DNA of 64,000 nucleotides from Chrysochromulina tobinii (taxonomy: Eukaryota). The position numbers and the translations under genes were made by a program. Shown here in pieces: positions 1 to 11,965 of the stretch. The notes under the pieces are model-generated. The model searched no databases. It was not told where the DNA came from and was given only the letters and a program-made list of their open reading frames with translations. The number at the start of each line of letters is the position of its first letter. Position 1 is the first letter of the stretch. The stretch spans positions 1 through 64,000 of the forward strand of contig JWZX01003391.1 in the NCBI GenBank assembly GCA_001275005.1, written 5' to 3'.

Positions 1-426
1 TTTAGCAGGGACCGGGATGTCGCGCTCACCAGGCTGCCGTTTGTGTAGTTTGATGAACCGCCAATCAACCAACGCGACCAAGTTTACGTTTCCGTCTCAG
101 GCGTGAAAGATTCTTGTTGGTGGGGTCACTGGTTTCTGCAGTTTCCGAGGGGAAGGGCCTTTTCCATCCCCGGTGCTTGATATTGATCAGCAGATGATCG
201 AGCATCGAGGCTTCGAAGGCAGGGCAAGAGCGGAGTCCTGAACGCAAAATTGCGTGAGCGGGGAGACTGGCGGCTTCGATCCATCGGTGGCGACGAGTCC
301 CGGCACTGGATATCGGTCTGTTTCGCAGGTGCGCCCCAAAAGGACGCGGCGAAGTTGTTTGTGGACGGACCACTGCGCGCAGTTCACGAACCCCGCCAAT
401 AGGCACCCGGCCACAGGAGGCGAGAG

Positions 427-3400
427 ATGTCGCTCGACGCACTCAACCAGTACGTGGCGCTCCTTTACCGACTAGACGCAAAGTCCGGGCCGCAAGGCCG
501 ACGACCGCAGGGCATCGACGTATATCTCTTCCAGGTCTCGCAGCTCACCTCGGAAGACGCGTGGGTTGGGGTGCGCCAGCTGCAGCGCTGGCTCGCGTCG
601 TTCCCGCCCGAGCCGAGCGCCGAATTCATCACCAAGCTGGTCGAGCTCGCAGTCAACTACCGCGTCCCTAATCCGCCGAACCTCAAGGACGTATTCAAGG
701 GGCTGCTTGGTGCCTCGGGCTCGGCCGTGGCCTCCCAGTCCAGCCGCATCATTGACGAGGAGGACGACGACCTCGAGGGTGGTGGGGAGCGCTTCGACTG
801 CGCTGGCTGGCTCGACAAAGCCACCGAGGACCTCACCCGCGACGAGGGCAGCGATACGATCGAGCTCTTCCTTTTCAAGACTGCCGCGCTCGTCCTCGAC
901 AATATGAAGGCGACCGATGGGTTGCAGCTTGTGCAGTCAGGCGCCGTGGCCTTCTTCTTTTCGTCGATCGAGATGGGCTCAACGCTCTCCGTCCAGCGCA
1001 TGGCCGCCTACTGCTCGGGCGTCCTCTCTCACAAGCACCTTCCCATGCTGCTCGATTTGTTCTCAGAGCGGTGCGTGTGATGCGCGCGCCGCTTCACCAG
1101 CCTTGCCCGCTCGTCGCTGCGCAACCCTCACGTGCTCGCTCGCTTCCCTTGCGCTTGCAGACAACAGTCGATGCCCGAGAAGCAGTTCCGCTGGCTGCTC
1201 TACCAGCAAGCGACGCAATTCTTCGGCTTTGGCGTGGGCGAGCAGCAGCAGATGGAGGCTACAGTCAATTACCTCGCGGCGACCGCCAAGAAGATCACCA
1301 ATATCGACCGCGGCAAGCTGCGCGGCGCGATCTGCACGTCGCTCTACCGCATCTTCGGCTCAATCATGGGGCGGGTGGGCGGAGAGGCGCAGATCTACTG
1401 GCAGGCGCTTACTTCGCGCTTCCCAATGCTCTCAAGGAGCTATTCGGATGCGTACGCGTCCATCTACGCCACCGTGGCCAAGTGGGCCAAGAAGGCGAAG
1501 CATGCACTGCCCTGCTGGCAGCTGATGGTTCGTATGGAGTGCGCGGGCTCTTCGACTTTCTACCTCGACAAGAAGCGCGACAGGATTCTGCCCATTCTAC
1601 TACTGGGCGCCAAAAAGTACCGAGCCGAGTGCATCGGCTCCTTCGTCGAGTGCGCTGATCGCGGCGAATTGCGACTGATGGCGGCGGATTGCGACTGAGT
1701 GCCTCGCGATCGCCGCTGACCGATGGCCGCTGATTGACGCTGATGGGCGCAGGTACCTCGCCACGCTGCCCGTCCCGCTGGCACAGAGCGACATGGACGG
1801 GTTCCTCTCGGACGCCAAGAAGTTGCTCGCGCTCTGCTTCCAGAAGAGAAGGGAGCCGGAGCCGGGCGAGGCGGCACATCTCATTGGGATCATCACGTCC
1901 CTCGGGCGGCTCAATGCACACTTCGCCTTCACCGAGCTGCAGGCGATGCTCCCGAGCAAGGACATGCTGGACTCTCAGAAGGCCCTCCTGTGCCACGCCC
2001 TCGGCTCGCTCGCCAAGGAGCACCAGCGTGAGGTGATCGCGTACAATGGGACCCTCGGCCCTCTCATGCTCACGTACATGGAGTCGGAGCACTACGACCT
2101 CGCCGTGAGCGCGATCCGCTCGTTCCCGTACGCGCGGCCGCCGCCCTGAGTACCTCGCGAGTGCCTCTTGATCGCCATAGCTTACTCTGGAGTGCCTGCG
2201 ATCAGGTACGTGACGGTGGCCGAACCGGAGCAAGAGAGGCTCCTCGTTGAACACGTGGTCGCCGTCGCCGTCAACGCTGGCGTGAGCGAGGTCGCCGACA
2301 CGGCCTTCGCCTCGGTCACGGCGTACCTGATGCAAATGCCCGACATGTGCCTCGCGCCGATCGTGGCCATCTTCTTCACAGCGCTCTCGAACCACTCCTT
2401 CTCACGCGGAGAGTGCAACGACTACGACGGCGTGCTCGCGGGCTTCCGCTACCTGAATCGGCTACTGCTGCTCTACCTGGACCATCTCGAGCACTCGGGC
2501 AGGCCGTGCGCGGTCAGTGCGTCGGCCTGGATGCAAGCACGCCAGCTCGGCGAGAGCGTGGCAATTATGTGGATGGTGCATTCGGACCCGGCCGTTCGCG
2601 CCACCGTGCTCGAGGTGCTGCGGACCTTCTCACACCCCGTCTTTGTCGGCATCGAGGAGGCGCGCCATGGCGGCCCCGAACCCGTCGTGCGACTCGCCGT
2701 GCTCCTCGACGCGCGCGACGACGCGTCGGCCGGCATGTGGTGCGTGCACCTGGACAAGCTGCTCGCGCACCGGCCTGCGCAGCCGCCGAAGCCTCCCGAA
2801 TGTGATGAGTCCGAGCGCTGTTATGAGCGCACCGTCAACTCAAAGGAAGCGGCTGATCCTCCGAAGTCGGCACTACCTCAGGTAGTACGCTTTCGGGCAC
2901 ACCTCGAGTTTGCGTGGATACGGCTGGTGCAGCGCTTCAACGACGCGCTCGTGCACGTGCTCGAGCTCAACGCAGAGAGATTGCGCCTCTGGCTCAACTA
3001 CACACGCTTTCTGTGTCTCGCGATGAGCTCCCCGCAGGAGAGCGGCGGCCAGTCCGAGGCGAAGCTCGACCAGCCCACAGAGAGGGTGCGTCCGCAAGAT
3101 CTGGACGAGTTCTATACCAACCTGCTGCGCATCGCATGGAACCCGATCGTGCCCTTGGCGCTTCGCAACCAGCTACTCGGCTACTTGGAGCCAGTTGCAC
3201 CCGTCGTGCATCGAGCGAGCTGTGCGGATCATCCAGTCGCTACGGCAGGACCCGCCGCCCGTGCTTCGGGGTCGCTTTGGGAGGAAGAAGCCGACGGCCA
3301 ACGCCGAGGTGACGCAGATGCGCGAGGTGGCGTGGATCTTCCATGAGGAGGTCCTCGAGATGCTCACGCGCTTCATGACGCGCATGATGACGATTGCGGA

Positions 3401-6400
3401 CGACGAGGCGAGCGAGGACAGGCCGGGCGCCGAGTCGGGCGTCGATCGCCTTGGCGAGCGCGGTGGTCGGGAAGTCGAGCACTCGCCGGCGCTGCCGCGG
3501 GCGCTCATCCAGGCGCTCCAGTGCTGCATCTCGCGCTGGGTGCACGACTTCGACACGTACGGCCCCGAGTCGTGCCGTGAGCTCTCGATCGGGACGCGCC
3601 ACGCGGGCATGCGCATGATGCGCGTCTACCTCACGCCGTCGTCGGGCGCCATGTCGGGCGCCATGGTCGACGCGAGTCACCTGACGGCTGCCAAGGTGCT
3701 GCAGTGGCTGCTCGCTTGGACGCCCGCACCACGGGCCAGGTACGTCGCGGAGGCCTACCGGTACGTACCCGAGTTCGTCTCGCAGCTGTGCGAGCCCGAT
3801 CAGGATGGGGAGGTGCTCGGCAACACCGACGAGCGGTTACGCATGGCGCTAGAGGTCGCTGCCGTCGAGGCGCTCGACGCGCTCCTCCGACTCGGCCCTC
3901 TAGCCCGCGCGGGCGGCGCTGAAGCAGTGCCGCGCATGGCGCTCGACTTTTTGCAGCTGATGGCGCTCCGCGGACCCCACCTTCGAAAGCCCGTCGAGCG
4001 CGGCCTCGCCTCCTTTCTGCATTCACAGCCCATGTTCTGCGGCCACTTCTTCAAGCTGACTGTGGTCGACTATTCGTACGACGCCCTCGGGCTGACGAAA
4101 CCAGCAGCCGAGCTACTTGCCTCGATCCAACTCGCGGCGCTCGTGGGCACTTGGGCAGGCGACCTGCCAAGGTGGCTCCATCTGCACAACGTGCCGCTGG
4201 CGCGCATGCTTCTCGTGTGCCTGCTCCACCAGTGCTCGCCCGATGCCGCCTCGCGCGCCGCCGCACTCGAGCTCGCACGGGAGCTCGCACGCAACGACTC
4301 GCAGCCGCTCGATGCGGGCTCGGCGCTGCTCGCGTCAGAGTTTGTCACGCTCTCTTCCTGCGTCGCGGCAACATACAAGTACTCGCAAGTGCTAGCGGCG
4401 CAGTGCTCCGACGTGTTGAGTGAGCCGCTGCTGAGGGAGCTTGCCTCCACAGCACGGCTGCTACCGGATGTGCAGAACGAGAGCATGCTGCACATGGTCA
4501 TGCCCTGGGTCGCCCACTTTGGGGAGGTTTTTGCGGACTCTGCGGCCGGCGAGTGGCGTGAGACTTGGATGGCCTTCCTCAACCACCTTCTGCACCTCTC
4601 GTATCAGTGCCATGCTCGCGCCAACTCGTCGTTTCTCTTCTTCACGCTCGAGGCATGCTGGACCGCGGTGCTGCAGGCCAAGCCGTCGGTGTTCCTCTCG
4701 GAGCTCACGATGAAATTCCTCGTCGAGGCGCATGCACGCGCCACATCGAGCATGCTCCAGGCTGCGGAGGCCAAGAAGCGAGGCGAGGGATACCATATTA
4801 GGAAGCGAGGCGAGGGAATCGAGGGCAGCGACGAGCGGCGCCAGCCTGGGCAGTATGCAAACGTCATTGACTCAGAGCAGCAGGGGGGTGTGGTGGGGAT
4901 CAAAGAGGACGCGAGCATGGCGCAGTTGGCAGCCCACTTGTGCACACGCATCGTCGTCTTCATCGGCAACGGCGGCGAGCCGAAGCTCATGATGGCGCAG
5001 CTGCTCGAGGAGCTTCCCTCGTACGGTCTTGATGAGGTACCTTCCGCCGACCGCGCGAGAGAGATGATGGCCAGGCTCTCGCAGCTCGCCGTTACCGGTA
5101 CGGCCGTCGAGGCGGCGCCTGTAGATGAGGAGAAGACACTGCACGAGGTGTCGGCCTTTGTACTGGCTTCCGAGCTACTGCTGGCCAACATCGAGGTACT
5201 CGCAGAGCACGTGCCGCACATGGTGCACTTGGCCCTCGTCCATTTTGGGCCGGGCGCAGCGATGCATGCTACGCACCCGACCGTCGGTGCGGAGCTGCTC
5301 GCCAAACTCCTCGCCAAGCTCACGCCCCTTGACAAGGAGAAGCGCGCAGCGCTCGAGACGGCGCTCGGGAGGCTCCCCTCCGACGAGGCGCAGCGCGAGG
5401 CGCTCGTGGCGGCGCTGTGCGAGTTGCGCACCCCTGCTGAAAGCCGCGAGAATGACGAAGACGAGCCCACACGCTCGGAGATCTCGGAGATCTCGGAGAT
5501 CTCGGAGATCTCGGCCGCGCTCTCGCTTCGAGAAGGGTGGGCGGCCATATGCCTCTCGTGGGCCCTCGCATGCCCGTACCAGGCGTCGGTGGCGCGTGCT
5601 CTACTTTGGCACAGAGCTCTGACGAGCCACCGCCAATTAGCGCACGCCGAGACTTTCAAGCTCGTGAGCTTCCTCGCGGTCTCGCTCGGCGCTCGGCGTG
5701 CCGAGGCGGCACGCGCCACCCTCGTGTACCTACACGACCACACGGCGAGACAGAACTCCATCCCGTACAAGGATGGCGTGCTGCTCAGCGTCGCGGGCGT
5801 GCTAGGCCTGAACACGGCCAAGGTGGCCGATTTCACGACGGCTCTCTCGCTGGTGCATGCGGCGCTCGACCGCACGCCCGCAGGCGACGCCTCAGAGCTC
5901 TCGGCCATGCAACTCGTCCAGCGCACGCCGCCACTGCCGCCCGCTGTGCTGGCGGGCGTGTGCTCGCCCTTCGACTCGCTCGAGGCTCACCGTTTCCCTA
6001 CAAGCTCACGCTCACCGTTTCCCTACACGCTCGACGACCACGCCAAGGCAGACGCGGCGCCCGGCTGGAAGAGCTGCATGCTGCAGGAGGCGCTCGACGC
6101 GCAGCTGGGGCTTTGGCAGCGCCGGCTGGGCGGGCAGCCACCGTCAGCGGACGGGCTCTTGCGTCTGCTCACCCTCCGCGGAGGCGCTCTGCCCGCGTGC
6201 CGCGACGATGCAATCTGGCTCATCTCAGAGCTTCGAGCCATCTATCAGCCACACCTGCCGCAGTGCGACGAGATGGCAATCTCGCTCCTCTGGCTGCGGC
6301 TGCTCCAGGCGTGCACCAGCCCGCGCACCTCCACGGGCGACGCCGCATGCGAGCGCGCTGTGGCATGGCTCTCGACACGCGGCACCGACTACCTGCCGTT

Positions 6401-8027
6401 ACGTGAGCACTTCGAGGCGCTCCACTCGTCCAGGCAGCCTACTGGAACCATGATGGGCGCCCAGTTGGGCGCCAAGTTGGGCGCCAAGTTGGCCTGGGCC
6501 ACCGCCGGCGTCACGAATCAGGACAACGAGGCCGACGCGTGGTGGCAGCAGCCCCTTGCAGCGTACCTGTCGAGCCTGCGCCGCTTGTACCACGAGCGAG
6601 AGCAACAGAGGCGTGCGTTCTCGGCGATGCTCGAAGCATGTTGCCAGTGGCTCATGCTTGGACAGCCTGACAGCCTCCCCGCTTCGCCGCCCACCACGGC
6701 GGCCAAGAGCGACACTGCTGGCGCGGCAGTGACGCCCGAGGACCTGACGAACCTGACGAACCTCGCCTCGGCTGAGCGTTGGGCGGCGCTCTGCATGCTC
6801 CAAGCGCTGCTGCACGAGTACCGCGAGCTGTGGACGCTCGAGCAGCACGCGGCGACCGCCAGCCTGCTTTCGTCCCTCGTCTTCGTGTACAGTGAGCCCA
6901 GGGCGGCGCTCAAGCTGCGTGCGGCCATGCAATACCTTGTCACCGATCCCTCCTCGGGCCAGCCGCCGAAGCTCCACTTTCTGCACCATCTGGTGGGCGA
7001 TCCGAATGCCATCGGGCGGCGCGCGGTGGGTGTGGCGGCCGAGGTGGCGCACGTGTTCGCGCAGGGGCGCTTCCCTGACCACTTCCATATGCAGCTGCTC
7101 TCCGAAGAGGAGTGGACGGAGAGCTTCACAGCCCTGGTGCTCAAATTGAAGCCATCAGCCGCGGAGATGGGGGGCGTGCAGCCACTTGCAGAGGTGACGC
7201 CACTTGCAGAGCGGCTCGCAGCGGTGACGAGCCTGACGAGTCTGACGATCGCGACGGCGCCAGCGCGGTCCGCCCTGCCTATGCGCAGCGGCCACCTCTC
7301 GAACTCGAGATCACACAACCCTGCCGCTCAGAGGATGGCGCAGAAGATGGCACTGCCGCCGCCGCCCGATGGCGATGGGTCCGACGGCGATGGCGCTCTG
7401 TCGGGCCCATCTGCCGGTCCGTACTGCGCAGCGGCCGCGGCCTTTCAGGAGGTGCTTGCACCGCCTATGATCCCGGGTGTCGCGCGTCTACGTCGAGGCG
7501 ACTCCATCTCTGCACTGCTGCCACCGCCGCCGCCACTGCCACCCTTGCCTGGCGCGGTTGGGCCAGCAGGCGAGCTTGGCATGCGGGTTTGGCATCAGGA
7601 GTCTTGCATGCCGTCGACGGTGGCGCCGCCGCCCATACTACCAGGTATGGTCGGCGGCATCGCCAAGTCGACGTCTCAGCTGCCCCAACTGCCGAACAGT
7701 GTCGCCGGTTTTGTCGCGCCGCCACCGCCGGTGCTCGGCGCGGCGCGCGGTCCGTATGCATCGGTGCCGCCGCTACTGGCCGGCGGGCGGGCTCTCAACG
7801 GCTCGATCGCCTCGTCGCTCCCACCGCCGCCGCCGAGGCTCGCGACAGCGCGGCACAACACGACATGCATCACGAGCTCCAATGTGATCTCGACACCCGC
7901 GCTCGCCAACGAGCCGAGTAACCATGGGAGTGACCTGGGCTGGTCGGACGACGAGAGCAATCCCCATGGCGATCCTCTTCCCCGCAGTGGCGGCGCATCG
8001 GCCGCGACGAGCATGGCTCATTTGTGA
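427..8027 (+). CDS. Furry/TAO3/MOR2-like HEAT-repeat cell morphogenesis scaffold (~2440 aa, 4 exons, one apparent +1 frameshift)
   Basis: Exons 427-1070, 1161-1649, 1753-2127 and 2206-8027 are joined in frame by GT-AG introns 1071-1160, 1650-1752 and 2128-2205. One extra base near 3187 links ORF 2168 to ORF 3195. Furry-like motifs: MLHMVMPWVAHF, LEACWTAV, HVPHMVHLALVH, WAAICLSWALACPYQASVARALLWHRAL. Pro-rich C-terminus. Confidence 0.7.
1071..1160 (+). other. Spliceosomal intron
   Basis: GTGCGT...TTGCAG; removal joins ORF 427 to ORF 1132 in frame (split codon CG|A). Confidence 0.85.
1650..1752 (+). other. Spliceosomal intron, CTGAT-repeat type
   Basis: GTGCGCTGAT...GCGCAG; frame preserved (GA|G); several CTGAT/CTGAC units. 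Confidence 0.85.
2128..2205 (+). other. Spliceosomal intron
   Basis: GTACGC...GATCAG; frame preserved (CC|G); the next exon also starts GTACG. Confidence 0.8.
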
Positions 8028-8261
8028 CGCATACACGAGGTGAATCTTCATCTGTATTAGCTTCGGGGGGCCACGCACACGTGGGCGACACGACCGTCGT
8101 GGGGTTTACAGAAAATAACGCCCCGCACACGGTAGAGATCTGGCCTGGTGCTCAGGGCAACGCTCGGATAGATTCCACAGCCTTCGGCCCAAGAATCATT
8201 CAACTCGAGCTCGAGCCAGCATCGGCCCATGCATCGGCCTGGGTCGACCAGCTCGAGCCAG

Positions 8262-9098
8262 CTACCCAGCATCGACCCTGCGTTTCTTGTTCATGTCGGG
8301 GACCGAGTGAACGAGTTTCGGGCCAAAGAGTTTGAGCTTGATTCTTTCACGGCCATATCCGTCTATCCGTTCCTCTTCTAGCCTCATGCCTCGGAATGTG
8401 TGGCTCCCGAAATCAGGGTGGCCTTCCAGAAGCGCTAGCTGCCACTTGCCCACCTTTTTGGGGTTTGGAGTATCCCTCCCAGGCGAGCAGCTGGCCCGCT
8501 TCACTGCGATCAAGTCGGGGAATTGAGTGACAGTGTGCGAGTCCGCGCCACTGGTAGCGACTCTTTCATAGTCGCTCTCTCCGATGTCGCCCGTATCTTG
8601 CCCGTTGCCCTCTACAAAGAAGACGTGCGGCTCAGACTTGTGGACCCAGATGGCATGTTTCAGGCTCGGCACCTCCAAAGCGCCCCCCCTTGCCAATCTG
8701 CTCACGAGGAGCAGTCGCGCGTCCTCTGGTTTGATCTCCCACGGTTCTTTTCTTCGGATGAAGCCAAGGATCTCGCTCAAGCGCTGATCCCAGCTTTTAT
8801 CTTTAATCGGAATGTTGCCAAGGGCATCGCTCCAGTCGTGTGAGAGGGGTTGCGCTACCGAGCCGAGCTGCGGGTTGTTGTTGATCGCGGGCAGCCGCGA
8901 GGAGGTGGAGCGGACCAGGGCGTGCAGGCCGAGGTCAGCGGAGGCCGCCACGTCACCACCACCGGCACCACCAGCATCACCAGCATCAGCGCCACCAGCA
9001 CCGCCACCACCCGAGGTCTCGAATGTTGTTACGAGGTCAACACCAAAACCGAGTTCATCGATCATTTGAGGGTCCAAAGCGTTGGGTTCGTCGCTCAT
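8262..9098 (-). CDS. Hypothetical protein (acidic/Gly-rich N-terminus, globular-looking C-terminal part)
   Basis: Open frame from ATG 9098 (MSDEPNALDPQ) with natural amino-acid composition; no family recognised. Confidence 0.5.
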   Translation of the reverse strand: MSDEPNALDPQMIDELGFGVDLVTTFETSGGGGAGGADAGDAGGAGGGDVAASADLGLHALVRSTSSRLPAINNNPQLGSVAQPLSHDWSDALGNIPIKDKSWDQRLSEILGFIRRKEPWEIKPEDARLLLVSRLARGGALEVPSLKHAIWVHKSEPHVFFVEGNGQDTGDIGESDYERVATSGADSHTVTQFPDLIAVKRASCSPGRDTPNPKKVGKWQLALLEGHPDFGSHTFRGMRLEEERIDGYGRERIKLKLFGPKLVHSVPDMNKKRRVDAG

Positions 9099-9595
9099 CC
9101 CACGTGATGGAGTCCCGCAAAGCCGCAGAAAAAGCGTTCGGAGCCAGACGGAGGAGTTGTCGAGCGCGATTCCTACGAAGCACGTTTTGAAGGACTTGCT
9201 GTTTCCGGAAACTTCGCGTCGTAACACTGTAACGAGTAATGGGGGGAAAACAAATTCACCACTTTTAATCTCGAACTACAATTGTACTGTGGAGCACGTC
9301 CGGGGGGCTTTGGACCCGCAACGTGCAATCGTGTATCGCGATCGGCTTTGAGGCAACTCGTCGAGTCGTTATAGAAGAGGGGCACGAGATACGGTAACCG
9401 TACAGGCGCAATTACATCCCTCGTCAAGGGGCGCCTCCCAGGCCGCGGCTCGCGCTCTGTGGGGAAACGTGAATCTCTCGATTGCGATCTCGGCGCCAGG
9501 CGGTCCTGTTTTCGTGTGCACAACGCTCGCACGGACGATCGTGCCGAAGAACTTCCGCGAGCGCATCGATTGCGGACAACGAACCACCAATTTTT

Positions 9596-10465
9596 ATGGA
9601 CTCGTGCTTCGCACGCCTGCGGAGCCTCGCACGAGTCTTCTCGCGGTCGCTCGGCCTCGACGACACCCAGAGTGCCCAACGCAAGAAGCACGATGGCGAG
9701 CCACGCTACGAGGAAGTGGATCCTCATCTCGAGGCCAGGTTCCACGAAGCAGCACGAGATGCTCTCAGCCTCAAAGGCCTCTCGGTGAGCACGCGGCTCA
9801 GCTTATATGCGCTTTTCAAGCAGGGGACCGTCGGCGATGCCCCATCATCTTCGTCGGGCAACCTGCTAGATCCGGCGGCGCGATCCAAATGGAAGGCATG
9901 GTCGAGGTTGGCGGGGCTACCGCGGGCAGATGCGATGCGCCAATACATGCAGTCCGAGGCCGTCGCACGATCGGGCGGCGGCGACGAGGCGTCACAGGAC
10001 GACGCAGCTGCTGAGGCAGAGTTGGATGCCATCGACTCAATGATGGGTGGAATGGCTGGTCCGGTCATGAGCTCTCTCGCTGGTCCCGAGCCGGAGCCTG
10101 AGATCAACGCCATCGCTCTTCACGCTGCGGCCAAAGCCGGTGACGTGGCGCTGTGCGAGGCGCTCGTGGCACATGGCGCGGACGTGGATCAGCTCGACGA
10201 GGACGGCCACTCGGCGCTCCACTGGGCGTGCGACAGCGGCCATGTGGCAGTCGCGCGATGCCTGATCGAGGCGGGCGCCGCTCCCAATGTGCAAAACGTG
10301 GACGGGTTGACTCCACTGCACATGGCGTGTGCGTGCGAGCACGCCGACCTCGCCAAGCTGCTGATTGCCATCGGGGCGGACACCACGTTGCGAGATCTCG
10401 ACGGATGCACGGCTGTAGAGCTCGCACCGCCGAGCATCGTGCCCTTATTCGCGTCGGCACGCTAA
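9596..10465 (+). CDS. Acyl-CoA-binding domain + ankyrin repeat protein (ACBD6-like)
   Basis: ACB motif LYALFKQGTVGD...KWKAWSRLAGLPRADAMRQY; ankyrin repeats (GHSALHWAC, GLTPLHMAC). Confidence 0.9.
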   Translation: MDSCFARLRSLARVFSRSLGLDDTQSAQRKKHDGEPRYEEVDPHLEARFHEAARDALSLKGLSVSTRLSLYALFKQGTVGDAPSSSSGNLLDPAARSKWKAWSRLAGLPRADAMRQYMQSEAVARSGGGDEASQDDAAAEAELDAIDSMMGGMAGPVMSSLAGPEPEPEINAIALHAAAKAGDVALCEALVAHGADVDQLDEDGHSALHWACDSGHVAVARCLIEAGAAPNVQNVDGLTPLHMACACEHADLAKLLIAIGADTTLRDLDGCTAVELAPPSIVPLFASAR

Positions 10466-10627
10466 CTGGTAACTTTTGAGAAAAACAACCGGAACTTTCG
10501 ATATTTTCTGGACGCTGTTGATGAAATCAGAGAGATTCCCGAGAAAGGAAAGAGAAAATACCTCATTCCAAAGGCGATCTTGCTGCGACCTTCTGCTGAA
10601 AATACCAGGAGCACCCGCATTCATTCC

Positions 10628-11965
10628 ATGCGGAGCGCCGCGACAGAGGAAGCGGAAGCTCGGTCATCGGCCACTCCACTAGCCGGCCTGATCGAAGCCA
10701 CCACTGCGGACCGCATGGTCGAGGCGCTCAAGCGCAAGGTCGTCGACCTCGACAAGGAGCTGCAGACATCAGTCGAGAGGATTTCGTCGATCGAGCACTC
10801 GTTGGAGGTGGAGAAGCGCGAGCACCAGCTGACCACCTCGAAGCTGAGCGTACTGCTCAGGAAACGCTCCGCCGCCGCAGCCAACCTCAATGACGAGCCA
10901 CCTACCGACGTTTGCAGCCTGAGGCACCAGATTGGCTGCCTTCGCGAGCATCTCGCAGCCTCGCAGGTCCGTGAGAGTCGCTTGCAAGAGGTGTATGCTA
11001 ATCTGGCACGCCAGCACGAGCGGCTACGCGTGCTCACGCTCGAGGGCTTCCGTGCGCAGCGCTCAAAATCCAGCGATGCGCTCGACGTGAGTGCCAGCTT
11101 GGCTGACTGCGCTGCCGATGAGCATCATCATCATCATCAGCAGCAGCAGGAGCAACATCAGCAGCATCAGCCGCCGCCGCCGCAGCCGCCGCCGCAGCCT
11201 TCGCCTCTGCCTCTGCTGGACGGCTTGCGTGTGCCCGCAGCGGCTGACTGCCGACTAGTCGCACCTCAAATCGAGTCGCCCGTGGTGCGCGAGGCCTTAT
11301 GGCTTGCTGAGCATACGATACCCCTGGCCAAGTCGCTCTCGTGCGAGTCACTCCAAGTGACGCAGTGGGGAAGTCAGGGTCAGCAGTGGGGAAGTCAGGG
11401 GCAGCAGTGGGGAAGTCAGGGGCAGCAGTGGGGAAGTCAGGGGCAGCAGTGGGGAAGTCAGGGGCAGCAGTGGGGAAGTCAGGGGCAGCATCGCACCGAG
11501 CATGCTCAGCCTCGGGTCGGCTCGATGCCGCGCGCGGTCTCAATGCTGCACCCGCACGATAAGCCTCCTGAGAAGACGCCCTCGCTCCCCAAACCCGCTA
11601 GCATCGGCACTGCCTCGGGATCCGTCAATGGAACTGCATCGGGATCCCCGATAGAGGTGCATGCCACGCCGCCACAGCATCACGTGTTCGGCGCGCCCAG
11701 CGACGTCGCCGCTGCTGTGGCTGGTGGCGGCACCGGCGTCGGGGCTGGCGGCGGCAGCACTGGCGGCGGCGGCGGTGGCAGTGGCGGTGCGATGCCGCCT
11801 AGGGTCTCAGACTCGGTCCATGGGCAGGAGATGCTCGCGCGCGCGCCCAACGGCTACGCACGCGGCGCCATTAGCGTCGAGCCGCCTAAGCGTCAGCGCA
11901 ACGTGACCGTGACCTCGATCATCACCCCATCGGCGCGCGCGCCATCGCGCACCACTTCGACGTGA
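10628..11965 (+). CDS. Coiled-coil protein with low-complexity/repeat C-terminal half
   Basis: Heptad-rich N-terminus (LKRKVVDLDKELQTSVERISSIEHSLEVEKREH), poly-H/Q/P tracts, (QQWGSQG)x6. Confidence 0.6.
   Translation: MRSAATEEAEARSSATPLAGLIEATTADRMVEALKRKVVDLDKELQTSVERISSIEHSLEVEKREHQLTTSKLSVLLRKRSAAAANLNDEPPTDVCSLRHQIGCLREHLAASQVRESRLQEVYANLARQHERLRVLTLEGFRAQRSKSSDALDVSASLADCAADEHHHHHQQQQEQHQQHQPPPPQPPPQPSPLPLLDGLRVPAAADCRLVAPQIESPVVREALWLAEHTIPLAKSLSCESLQVTQWGSQGQQWGSQGQQWGSQGQQWGSQGQQWGSQGQQWGSQGQHRTEHAQPRVGSMPRAVSMLHPHDKPPEKTPSLPKPASIGTASGSVNGTASGSPIEVHATPPQHHVFGAPSDVAAAVAGGGTGVGAGGGSTGGGGGGSGGAMPPRVSDSVHGQEMLARAPNGYARGAISVEPPKRQRNVTVTSIITPSARAPSRTTST
11362..11490 (+). repeat. 21-bp tandem repeat (CAGCAGTGGGGAAGTCAGGGG), ~6 copies
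   Basis: Directly visible; in frame, encodes QQWGSQG. Confidence 0.95.

Noticed and set aside
3180..3200. Programmed ribosomal frameshifting at the frameshift sites
   Set aside because: No shared slippery heptamer or stimulatory structure; simple indels explain each case.
4604..5926. Long antisense/alternate-frame ORFs (e.g. 4604-5926, 13459-14673, 43413-44507, 60283-61299)
   Set aside because: Shadow ORFs expected at high GC, opposite well-supported genes, with Arg/Ala/Ser-rich non-protein-like composition.
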